Source: Auanema rhodensis (lineage: Eukaryota; Animalia; Nematoda). Taken from it: a stretch of 64,000 nucleotides of DNA. Under the pieces are notes generated by a model, which was not told the DNA's origin, searched no databases, and was given only the letters and a program-made list of their open reading frames with translations. Location of the stretch: positions 2,666,001-2,730,000 of the forward strand of contig OZ059900.1 in the NCBI GenBank assembly GCA_964057225.1, written 5' to 3'. Made by a program: the position numbers and the translations under genes. Of this stretch, positions 1 through 12,400 are shown piece by piece (the stretch's first letter is position 1; each line of letters opens with the position of its first letter).

Positions 1-254
1 TCAAAAGCATAGTTTTATTGTCTATGACAACAAAAGTCATCAATTAAACGCTAGTGATGTTTAAAAACTGAATTTCGCTCAAATAGCATTACTACACTAA
101 GTATGGTCGTTTTTATGCCTTTAACACCATATACTCACCGATTTTTGGTACAAAATCTGTAATACTCGTAAATTTTGATCATATTCGGTGAGATTCGAGA
201 ATCAAACACACAATACACGAAATAAGTTTATTTTGACGAGTTTGCACTGGTATT

Positions 255-298
255 TATTCATTTTGATCAAAAAAGGTCGAAAATAGAAAGAATTTTTG
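255..298. other. Near-invariant 44-bp monomer core 2 (TATTCATTTTGATCAAAAAAGGTCGAAAATAGAAAGAATTTTTG), shown for one copy
   Basis: Identical in most monomers. Rare local variants include TTTTTTTCAAAA near 22840 and AAAAGATCG near 57620. Confidence 0.85.
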
Positions 299-436
299 AA
301 TTTTCCGAGTTTTGAGTCTAATTTGGCTAAATCGCTCATATATATGATCAGAAGCATAGGTGTATTGTCTATGACAACAAAAGTCATTAATTAAACACTA
401 ATGATGTTTAAATCACTAAATTTCGCTCTAATAGCA

Positions 437-508
437 TTACTACACTAAGTATGGTCGTTTTTATGCCTTTAACACCATATACTCACCGATTTTTGGTACA
501 AAATCTGT
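437..508. other. Near-invariant 72-bp monomer core 1 (TTACTACACTAAGTATGGTCG...GGTACAAAATCTGT), shown for one copy
   Basis: Identical in the great majority of monomers, with only sporadic single substitutions (e.g. near 16430, 24773, 36598, 48415, 58141). Confidence 0.85.
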
Positions 509-2288
509 AATACTCGTAAATTTTGATCATATTCGTTAAGATTTGAGAATCAAACATACAATACACAAAATAAGTTTATTTTGACGAGTTTGCACTGGTA
601 TTTATTCATTTTGATCAAAAAAGGTCGAAAATAGAAAGAATTTTTGAAATTTCCGAGTTTTGAGTCTAATTTGGCTAAATCGCTCATATATATGATCAGA
701 AGCATAGGTGTATTGTCTATGACAACAAAAGTCATCAATTAAACGCTAGTGATGTTTAAATACTGAATTTCGCTCAAATAGCATTACTACACTAAGTATG
801 GTCGTTTTTATGCCTTTAACACCATATACTCACCGATTTTTGGTACAAAATCTGTAATACTCGTAAATTTTGATCATATTCGTTAAGATTTGAGAATCAA
901 ACATACAATACACAAAATCAGTCTATTTTTATGAGCTTGCACTGATATATATTCATTTTGATCAAAAAAGGTCGAAAATAGAAAGAATTTTTGAAATTTC
1001 CGAGTTTTGAGTCTAATTTGGCTAAATCGCTCATATATATGATCAAAAGCATAGTTTTACTGTCTATGATAACAAAAGTCTTCAAATATACACTAATAAT
1101 GATTAAATCACTGAAATTCAGTCAAATAGCATTACTACACTAAGTATGGTCGTTTTTATGCCTTTAACACCATATACTCACCGATTTTTGGTACAAAATC
1201 TGTAATACTCGTAAATTTTGATCATATTTGTTAAGATTTGAGAATCAAACACACAATACACAATATCAGTCTAAGTTTATGATCTTGCACTGATATATAT
1301 TCATTTTGATCAAAAAAGGTCGAAAATAGAAAGAATTTTTGAAATTTCCGAGTTTTGAGTCCAATTTGGCTAAATCGCTCATATATATGATCAAAAGCAT
1401 AGTTTTATTGTCTATAACAACAAAAGTCATCAATTAAACGCTAGTGATGTTTAAATCACTAAATTTCGCTCTAATAGCATTACTACACTAAGTATGGTCG
1501 TTTTTATGCCTTTAACACCATATACTCACCGATTTTTGGTACAAAATCTGTAATACTCGTAAATTTTGATCATATTCGTTAAGATTTGAGAATCAAACAC
1601 ACAATACACAATATCAGTCTAAGTTTATGATCTTGCACTGATATATATTCATTTTGATCAAAAAAGGTCGAAAATAGAAAGAATTTTTGAAATTTCCGAG
1701 TTTTGAGTCTAATTTGGCTAAATCGCTCATATATATGATCAAAAGCATAGTTTTACTGTCTATGATAACAATAGTCTTCAAATATACACTAATAATGATT
1801 GAATCACTGAATTTCACTCAAATAGCATTACTACACTAAGTATGGTCGTTTTTATGCCTTTAACACCATATACTCACCGATTTTTGGTACAAAATCTGTA
1901 ATACTCGTAAATTTTGATCATATTCGGTGAGATTCGAGAATCGAACACACAATACACGAAATAAGTCTATTTTTACGAGTTTGCACTGATATTTATTCAT
2001 TTTGATCAAAAAAGGTCGAAAATAGAAAGAATTTTTGAAATTTCCGAGTTTTGAGTCTAATTTGGCTAAATCGCTCATATATATGATCAAAAGCATAGTT
2101 TTACTGTCTATGATAACAAAAGTCTTCAAATATACACTAATAATGTGTAAATCACTGAATTTCACTCAAATAGCTTTACTACACTAAGTATGGTCGTTTT
2201 TATGCCTTTAACACCATATACTCACCGATTTTTGGTACAAAATCTGTAATACTCGTAAATTTTGATCATATTCGTTAAGATTCGAGAA

Positions 2289-2616
2289 TCAAACACACAA
2301 TACACGAAATAAGTTTATTTTTACGAGTTTGCACTGATATTTATTCATTTTGATCAAAAAAGGTCGAAAATAGAAAGAATTTTTGTTGTTTGGCTAAATC
2401 GCTCATATATATGATCAAAAGCATAGTTTTACTGTCTATGATAACAAAAGTCTTCAAATATACACTAATAATGTGTAAATCACTGAATTTCACTCAAATA
2501 GCTTTACTACACTAAGTATGGTCGTTTTTATGCCTTTAACACCATATACTCACCGATTTTTGGTACAAAATCTGTAATACTCGTAAATTTTGATCATATT
2601 CGTTAAGATTCGAGAA
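2289..2616. repeat. Truncated 328-bp monomer (net 20-bp deletion at about 2386)
   Basis: Reads GAATTTTTG-TTG-TTTGGCTAAATC instead of GAATTTTTG-AAATTTCCGAGTTTTGAGTCTAA-TTTGGCTAAATC. The anchor spacing 2289->2617 is 328. Confidence 0.93.
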
Positions 2617-2964
2617 TCAAACACACAATACACGAAATAAGTTTATTTTTACGAGTTTGCACTGATATTTATTCATTTTGATCAAAAAAGGTCGAAAATA
2701 GAAAGAATTTTTGAATTTTCCGAGTTTTGAGTCCAATTGGGCTAAATCGCTCATATATATGATCAAAAGCATAGTTTCACTGTTTATGATAACAAAAGTC
2801 TTCAAATATACACTAGTAATGATTAAATCACTGAATTTCACTCAAATAGCTTTACTACACTAAGTATGGTCGTTTTTATGCCTTTAACACCATATACTCA
2901 CCGATTTTTGGTACAAAATCTGTAATACTCGTAAATTTTGATCATATCCGTTAAGATTCGAAAA

Positions 2965-5900
2965 TCAAACACACAATACACGAAATAAGTTTATTTTTAC
3001 GAGTTTGCACTGATATTTATTCATTTTGATCAAAAAAGGTCGAAAATAGAAAGAATTTTTGAATTTTCCGAGTTTTGAGTCCAATTGGGCTAAATCGCTC
3101 ATATATATGATCAAAAGCATAGTTTCACTGTTTATGATAACAAAAGTCTTCAAATATACACTAGTAATGATTAAATCACTGAATTTCACTCAAATAGCTT
3201 TACTACACTAAGTATGGTCGTTTTTATGCCTTTAACACCATATACTCACCGATTTTTGGTACAAAATCTGTAATACTCGTAAATTTTGATCATATCCGTT
3301 AAGATTCGAGAATCAAACACACAATACACGAAATAAGTTTATTTTTACGAGTTTGCACTGATATTTATTCATTTTGATCAAAAAAGGTCGAAAATAGAAA
3401 GAATTTTTGAATTTTCCGAGTTTTGAGTCCAATTGGGCTAAATCGCTCATATATATGATCAAAAGCATAGTTTTACTGTCTATGATAACAAAAGTCTTCA
3501 AATATACACTAGTAATGATTAAATCACTGAATTTCACTCAAATAGCATTACTACACTAAGTATGGTCGTTTTTATGCCTTTAACACCATATACTCACCGA
3601 TTTTTGGTACAAAATCTGTAATACTTGTAAATTTTGATCATATTCGTTAAGATTTGAGAATCAAACACATAATACACGAAATAAGTCTTTTTTTACAAGT
3701 TTGCACTGATATTTATTCATTTTGATCAAAAAAGGTCGAAAATAGAAAGAATTTTTGAAATTTCCGAGTTTTGAGTCCAATTGGGCTAAATCGCTCATAT
3801 ATATGATCAAAAGCATAGTTTCACTGTCTATGATAACAAAAGTCTTCAAATATACACTAGTAATGATTAAATCACTGAATTTCACTCAAATAGCATTACT
3901 ACACTAAGTATGGTCGTTTTTATGCCTTTAACACCATATACTCACCGATTTTTGGTACAAAATCTGTAATACTTGTAAATTTTGATCATTTTCGTTAAGA
4001 TTCGAAAATCAAACACACAATACACGAAATAAGTTTATTTTTACAAGTTTGCACTGATATTTATTCATTTTGATCAAAAAAGGTCGAAAATAGAAAGAAT
4101 TTTTGAAATTTCCGAGTTTTGAGTCTAATTTGGCTAAATCGCTCATATATATGATCAGAAGCATAGGTGTATTGTCTATGACAACAAAAGTCATTAATTG
4201 AACACTAATGATGTTTAAATCACTAAATTTCGCTCTAATAGCATTACTACACTAAGTATGGTCGTTTTTATGCCTTTAACACCATATACTCACCGATTTT
4301 TGGTACAAAATCTGTAATACTCGTAAATTTTGATCATATTCGTTAAGATTTGAGAATCAAACACACAATACACAATATCAGTCTATTTTTATGAGCTTGC
4401 ACTGATATATATTCATTTTGATCAAAAAAGGTCGAAAATAGAAAGAATTTTTGAAATTTCCGAGTTTTGAGTCCAATTTGGCTAAATCGCTCATATATAT
4501 GATCAAAAGCATAGTTTTATTGTCTATGACAACAAAAGTCATTAATTAAACACTAATGATGTTTAAATCACTAAATTTCGCTCTAATAGCCTTACTACAC
4601 TAAGTATGGTCGTTTTTATGCCTTTAACACCATATACTCACCGATTTTTGGTACAAAATCTGTAATACTCGTAAATTTTGATCATATTCGTTAAGATTCG
4701 AAAATCAAACACACAATACACGAAATAAGTTTATTTTTACGAGTTTGCACTGATATTTATTCATTTTGATCAAAAAAGGTCGAAAATAGAAAGAATTTTT
4801 GAATTTTCCGAGTTTTGAGTCCAATTGGGCTAAATCGCTCATATATATGATCAAAAGCATAGTTTCACTGTTTATGATAACAAAAGTCTTCAAATATACA
4901 CTAGTAATGATTAAATCACTGAATTTCACTCAAATAGCTTTACTACACTAAGTATGGTCGTTTTTATGCCTTTAACACCATATACTCACCGATTTTTGGT
5001 ACAAAATCTGTAATACTCGTAAATTTTGATCATATCCGTTAAGATTCGAGAATCAAACACACAATACACGAAATAAGTTTATTTTTACGAGTTTGCACTG
5101 ATATTTATTCATTTTGATCAAAAAAGGTCGAAAATAGAAAGAATTTTTGAATTTTCCGAGTTTTGAGTCCAATTGGGCTAAATCGCTCATATATATGATC
5201 AAAAGCATAGTTTTACTGTCTATGATAACAAAAGTCTTCAAATATACACTAGTAATGATTAAATCACTGAATTTCACTCAAATAGCATTACTACACTAAG
5301 TATGGTCGTTTTTATGCCTTTAACACCATATACTCACCGATTTTTGGTACAAAATCTGTAATACTTGTAAATTTTGATCATATTCGTTAAGATTTGAGAA
5401 TCAAACACATAATACACGAAATAAGTCTTTTTTTACAAGTTTGCACTGATATTTATTCATTTTGATCAAAAAAGGTCGAAAATAGAAAGAATTTTTGAAA
5501 TTTCCGAGTTTTGAGTCTAATTTGGCTAAATCGCTCATATATATGATCAAAAGCATAGTTCTATTGTCTATAACAACAAAAGTCTTTAATTAAACGCTAG
5601 TGATGTTTTAATACTGAATTTTGCTCAAATAGCATTACTACACTAAGTATGGTCGTTTTTATGCCTTTAACACCATATACTCACCGATTTTTGGTACAAA
5701 ATCTGTAATACTTGTAAATTTTGATCATATTCGTTAAGATTCGAAAATCAAACACACAATACACGAAATAAGTTTATTTTTACAAGTTTGCACTGATATT
5801 TATTCATTTTGATCAAAAAAGGTCGAAAATAGAAAGAATTTTTGAAATTTCCGAGTTTTGAGTCTAATTTGGCTAAATCGCTCATATATATGATCAGAAG

Positions 5901-6443
5901 CATAGGTGTATTGTCTATGACAACAAAAGTCATTAATTGAACACTAATGATGTTTAAATCACTAAATTTCGCTCTAATAGCATTACTACACTAAGTATGG
6001 TCGTTTTTATGCCTTTAACACCATATACTCACCGATTTTTGGTACAAAATCTGTAATACTCGTAAATTTTGATCATATTCGTTAAGATTTGAGAATCAAA
6101 CACACAATACACAATATCAGTCTATTTTTATGAGCTTGCACTGATATATATTCATTTTGATCAAAAAAGGTCGAAAATAGAAAGAATTTTTGAAATTTCC
6201 GAGTTTTGAGTCCAATTTGGCTAAATCGCTCATATATATGATCAAAAGCATAGTTTTATTGTCTATGACAACAAAAGTCATCAATTAAACACTAATGATG
6301 TTTAAATCACTAAATTTCGCTCTAATAGCCTTACTACACTAAGTATGGTCGTTTTTATGCCTTTAACACCATATACTCACCGATTTTTGGTACAAAATCT
6401 GTAATACTCGTAAATTTTGATCATATTCGTTAAGATTTGAAAA
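2965..6443. repeat. 5-monomer HOR (about 1740 bp), two imperfect copies
   Basis: Monomer variants at 2965, 3313, 3661, 4009, 4357 recur in order at 4705, 5053, 5401, 5748, 6096. The third monomer differs in its right half. Confidence 0.8.
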
Positions 6444-9400
6444 TCAAACACATAATACACGAAATAAGTTTATTTTCACGAGTTTGCACTGATATTTATT
6501 CATTTTGATCAAAAAAGGTCGAAAATAGAAAGAATTTTTGAAATTTCCGAGTTTTGAGTCCAATTGGGCTAAATCGCTCATATATATGATCAAAAGCATA
6601 GTTTTACTGTCTATGATAACAAAAGTCTTCAAATATACACTAATAATGATTGAATCACTGAATTTCACTCAAATAGCATTACTACACTAAGTATGGTCGT
6701 TTTTATGCCTTTAACACCATATACTCACCGATTTTTGGTACAAAATCTGTAATACTCGTAAATTTTGATCATATTTGTCAAGATTTGAGAATCAAACATA
6801 CAATACACAAAATCAGTCTATTTTTATGATCTTGCACTGATATATATTCATTTTGATCAAAAAAGGTCGAAAATAGAAAGAATTTTTGAAATTTCCGAGT
6901 TTTGAGTCTAATTTGGCTAAATCGCTCATATATATGATCAAAAGCATAGTTTTATTGTCTATGACAACAAAAGTCATCAATTAAACGCTAGTGATGTTTA
7001 AATACTGAATTTCGCTCAAATAGCATTACTACACTAAGTATGGTCGTTTTTATGCCTTTAACACCATATACTCACCGATTTTTGGTACAAAATCTGTAAT
7101 ACTCGTAAATTTTGATCATATTCGTTAAGATTCGAGAGTCAAACACACAATACACGAAATGAGTTTATTTTCACGAGTTTGCACTGATATTTATTCATTT
7201 TGATCAAAAAAGGTCGAAAATAGAAAGAATTTTTGAATTTTCCGAGTTTTGAGTCCAATTGGGCTAAATCGCTCATATATATGATCAAAAGCATAGTTCT
7301 ATTGTCTATAACAACAAAAGTCTTCAATTAAACGCTAGTGATGTTTTAATACTGAATTTTGCTCAAATAGCATTACTACACTAAGTATGGTCGTTTTTAT
7401 GCCTTTAACACCATATACTCACCGATTTTTGGTACAAAATCTGTAATACTTGTAAATTTTGATCATATTCGTTAAGATTCGAAAATCAAACACACAATAC
7501 ACGAAATAAGTTTATTTTTACAAGTTTGCACTGATATTTATTCATTTTGATCAAAAAAGGTCGAAAATAGAAAGAATTTTTGAAATTTCCGAGTTTTGAG
7601 TCTAATTTGGCTAAATCGCTCATATATATGATCAGAAGCATAGGTGTATTGTCTATGACAACAAAAGTCATTATATGAACACTAATGATGTTTAAATCAC
7701 TAAATTTCGCTCTAATAGCATTACTACACTAAGTATGGTCGTTTTTATGCCTTTAACACCATATACTCACCGATTTTTGGTACAAAATCTGTAATACTCG
7801 TAAATTTTGATCATATTCGTTAAGATTTGAGAATCAAACACACAATACACAATATCAGTCTATTTTTATGAGCTTGCACTGATATATATTCATTTTGATC
7901 AAAAAAGGTCGAAAATAGAAAGAATTTTTGAAATTTCCGAGTTTTGAGTCCAATTTGGCTAAATCGCTCATATATATGATCAAAAGCATAGTTTTATTGT
8001 CTATGACAACAAAAGTCATTAATTAAACACTAATGATGTTAAAATCACTGAATTTCACTCAAATAGCATTACTACACTAAGTATGGTCGTTTTTATGCCT
8101 TTAACACCATATACTCACCGATTTTTGGTACAAAATCTGTAATACTTGTAAATTTTGATCATATTCGTTAAGATTTGAGAATCAAACACATAATACACGA
8201 AATAAGTCTTTTTTTACAAGTTTGCACTGATATTTATTCATTTTGATCAAAAAAGGTCGAAAATAGAAAGAATTTTTGAAATTTCCGAGTTTTGAGTCTA
8301 ATTTGGCTAAATCGCTCATATATATGATCAGAAGCATAGGTGTATTGTCTATGACAACAAAAGTCATTATATGAACACTAATGATGTTTAAATCACTAAA
8401 TTTCGCTCTAATAGCATTACTACACTAAGTATGGTCGTTTTTATGCCTTTAACACCATATACTCACCGATTTTTGGTACAAAATCTGTAATACTCGTAAA
8501 TTTTGATCATATTCGTTAAGATTTGAGAATCAAACACACAATACACAATATCAGTCTATGTCTATGAGCTTGCACTGATATATATTCATTTTGAACAAAA
8601 AAGGTCGAAAATAGAAAGAATTTTTGAAATTTCCGAGTTTTGAGTCCAATTTGGCTAAATCGCTCATATATATGATCAAAAGCATAGTTTTATTGTCTAT
8701 GACAACAAAAGTCATTAATTAAACACTAATGATGTTAAAATCACTGAATTTCACTCAAATAGCATTACTACACTAAGTATGGTCGTTTTTATGCCTTTAA
8801 CACCATATACTCACCGATTTTTGGTACAAAATCTGTAATACTTGTAAATTTTGATCATATTCGTTAAGATTTGAGAATCAAACACATAATACACGAAATA
8901 AGTCTTTTTTTACAAGTTTGCACTGATATTTATTCATTTTGATCAAAAAAGGTCGAAAATAGAAAGAATTTTTGAAATTTCCGAGTTTTGAGTCCAATTG
9001 GGCTAAATCGCTCATATATATGATCAAAAGCATAGTTTCACTGTTTATGATAACAAAAGTCTTCAAATATACACTAGTAATGATTAAATCACTGAATTTC
9101 ACTCAAATAGCTTTACTACACTAAGTATGGTCGTTTTTATGCCTTTAACACCATATACTCACCGATTTTTGGTACAAAATCTGTAATACTCGTAAATTTT
9201 GATCATATCCGTTAAGATTCGAGAATCAAACACACAATACACGAAATAAGTTTATTTTTACGAGTTTGCACTGATATTTATTCATTTTGATCAAAAAAGG
9301 TCGAAAATAGAAAGAATTTTTGAATTTTCCGAGTTTTGAGTCCAATTGGGCTAAATCGCTCATATATATGATCAAAAGCATAGTTTTACTGTCTATGATA

Positions 9401-12400
9401 ACAAAAGTCTTCAAATATACACTAGTAATGATTAAATCACTGAATTTCACTCAAATAGCATTACTACACTAAGTATGGTCGTTTTTATGCCTTTAACACC
9501 ATATACTCACCGATTTTTGGTACAAAATCTGTAATACTTGTAAATTTTGATCATATTCGTTAAGATTTGAGAATCAAACACATAATACACGAAATAAGTC
9601 TTTTTTTACAAGTTTGCACTGATATTTATTCATTTTGATCAAAAAAGGTCGAAAATAGAAAGAATTTTTGAAATTTCCGAGTTTTGAGTCTAATTTGGCT
9701 AAATCGCTCATATATATGATCAAAAGCATAGTTCTATTGTCTATAACAACAAAAGTCTTTAATTAAACGCTAGTGATGTTTTAATACTGAATTTTGCTCA
9801 AATAGCATTACTACACTAAGTATGGTCGTTTTTATGCCTTTAACACCATATACTCACCGATTTTTGGTACAAAATCTGTAATACTTGTAAATTTTGATCA
9901 TATTCGTTAAGATTCGAAAATCAAACACACAATACACGAAATAAGTTTATTTTTACAAGTTTGCACTGATATTTATTCATTTTGATCAAAAAAGGTCGAA
10001 AATAGAAAGAATTTTTGAAATTTCCGAGTTTTGAGTCTAATTTGGCTAAATCGCTCATATATATGATCAGAAGCATAGGTGTATTGTCTATGACAACAAA
10101 AGTCATTAATTGAACACTAATGATGTTTAAATCACTAAATTTCGCTCTAATAGCATTACTACACTAAGTATGGTCGTTTTTATGCCTTTAACACCATATA
10201 CTCACCGATTTTTGGTACAAAATCTGTAATACTCGTAAATTTTGATCATATTCGTTAAGATTTGAGAATCAAACACACAATACACAATATCAGTCTATTT
10301 TTATGAGCTTGCACTGATATATATTCATTTTGATCAAAAAAGGTCGAAAATAGAAAGAATTTTTGAAATTTCCGAGTTTTGAGTCCAATTTGGCTAAATC
10401 GCTCATATATATGATCAAAAGCATAGTTTTATTGTCTATGACAACAAAAGTCATTAATTAAACACTAATGATGTTTAAATCACTAAATTTCGCTCTAATA
10501 GCCTTACTACACTAAGTATGGTCGTTTTTATGCCTTTAACACCATATACTCACCGATTTTTGGTACAAAATCTGTAATACTCGTAAATTTTGATCATATT
10601 CGTTAAGATTTGAAAATCAAACACATAATACACGAAATAAGTTTATTTTCACGAGTTTGCACTGATATTTATTCATTTTGATCAAAAAAGGTCGAAAATA
10701 GAAAGAATTTTTGAAATTTCCGAGTTTTGAGTCCAATTGGGCTAAATCGCTCATATATATGATCAAAAGCATAGTTTTACTGTCTATGATAACAAAAGTC
10801 TTCAAATATACACTAATAATGATTGAATCACTGAATTTCACTCAAATAGCATTACTACACTAAGTATGGTCGTTTTTATGCCTTTAACACCATATACTCA
10901 CCGATTTTTGGTACAAAATCTGTAATACTCGTAAATTTTGATCATATTTGTCAAGATTTGAGAATCAAACATACAATACACAAAATCAGTCTATTTTTAT
11001 GATCTTGCACTGATATATATTCATTTTGATCAAAAAAGGTCGAAAATAGAAAGAATTTTTGAAATTTCCGAGTTTTGAGTCTAATTTGGCTAAATCGCTC
11101 ATATATATGATCAAAAGCATAGTTTTATTGTCTATGACAACAAAAGTCATCAATTAAACGCTAGTGATGTTTAAATACTGAATTTCGCTCAAATAGCATT
11201 ACTACACTAAGTATGGTCGTTTTTATGCCTTTAACACCATATACTCACCGATTTTTGGTACAAAATCTGTAATACTCGTAAATTTTGATCATATTCGTTA
11301 AGATTCGAGAGTCAAACACACAATACACGAAATGAGTTTATTTTCACGAGTTTGCTCTGATATTTATTCATTTTGATCAAAAAAGGTCGAAAATAGAAAG
11401 AATTTTTGAATTTTCCGAGTTTTGAGTCCAATTGGGCTAAATCGCTCATATATATGATCAAAAGCATAGTTCTATTGTCTATAACAACAAAAGTCTTCAA
11501 TTAAACGCTAGTGATGTTTTAATACTGAATTTTGCTCAAATAGCATTACTACACTAAGTATGGTCGTTTTTATGCCTTTAACACCATATACTCACCGATT
11601 TTTGGTACAAAATCTGTAATACTTGTAAATTTTGATCATATTCGTTAAGATTCGAAAATCAAACACACAATACACGAAATAAGTTTATTTTTACAAGTTT
11701 GCACTGATATTTATTCATTTTGATCAAAAAAGGTCGAAAATAGAAAGAATTTTTGAAATTTCCGAGTTTTGAGTCTAATTTGGCTAAATCGCTCATATAT
11801 ATGATCAGAAGCATAGGTGTATTGTCTATGACAACAAAAGTCATTATATGAACACTAATGATGTTTAAATCACTAAATTTCGCTCTAATAGCATTACTAC
11901 ACTAAGTATGGTCGTTTTTATGCCTTTAACACCATATACTCACCGATTTTTGGTACAAAATCTGTAATACTCGTAAATTTTGATCATATTCGTTAAGATT
12001 TGAGAATCAAACACACAATACACAATATCAGTCTATTTTTATGAGCTTGCACTGATATATATTCATTTTGATCAAAAAAGGTCGAAAATAGAAAGAATTT
12101 TTGAAATTTCCGAGTTTTGAGTCCAATTTGGCTAAATCGCTCATATATATGATCAAAAGCATAGTTTTATTGTCTATGACAACAAAAGTCATTAATTAAA
12201 CACTAATGATGTTAAAATCACTGAATTTCACTCAAATAGCATTACTACACTAAGTATGGTCGTTTTTATGCCTTTAACACCATATACTCACCGATTTTTG
12301 GTACAAAATCTGTAATACTTGTAAATTTTGATCATATTCGTTAAGATTTGAGAATCAAACACATAATACACGAAATAAGTCTTTTTTTACAAGTTTGCAC

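Larger units (their letters stand above)
202..549. repeat. Representative 348-bp monomer (phase chosen arbitrarily at TCAAACAC)
   Basis: 202-549 is followed directly by a near-identical copy at 550-896 (347 bp). It contains three TGATCA sites (264, 345, 524) and one GTAC. Confidence 0.97.

Noticed and set aside
391-419. Short internal direct repeat TTAAACACTAA / TTAAATCACTAA
   Set aside because: It is present in only one right-module haplotype, short and AT-rich, so it is plausibly chance or trivial local slippage.
202-549. 5S rDNA, tRNA, snRNA or spliced-leader tandem gene array
   Set aside because: The unit is too AT-rich. I could see no Pol III A/B/C boxes, cloverleaf or recognisable structured-RNA sequence. 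An Rfam/Infernal scan would settle it.
202-549. Assignment to a known 340-360-bp satellite (e.g. Drosophila 1.688/359-bp or plant ~350-bp repeats)
   Set aside because: Only the length and AT content are similar. I cannot recognise sequence identity and cannot run a search, so no family or organism is named.
1860-2165. Longer 101-aa ORFs (also 37645, 47028, 52595, 54335; 88 aa at 17140)
   Set aside because: They arise only from a TCAAAC->TCGAAC variant (TGA->CGA on the minus strand) plus neighbouring SNVs that allow read-through. There is no independent coding evidence.
2271-2287. TTCGTTAAGATTCGAGA loosely resembles the CENP-B box (TTCGnnnnAnnCGGG)
   Set aside because: The spacing is one base too long and CGGG is not matched. 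Both CpGs are among the most polymorphic sites in the monomer.
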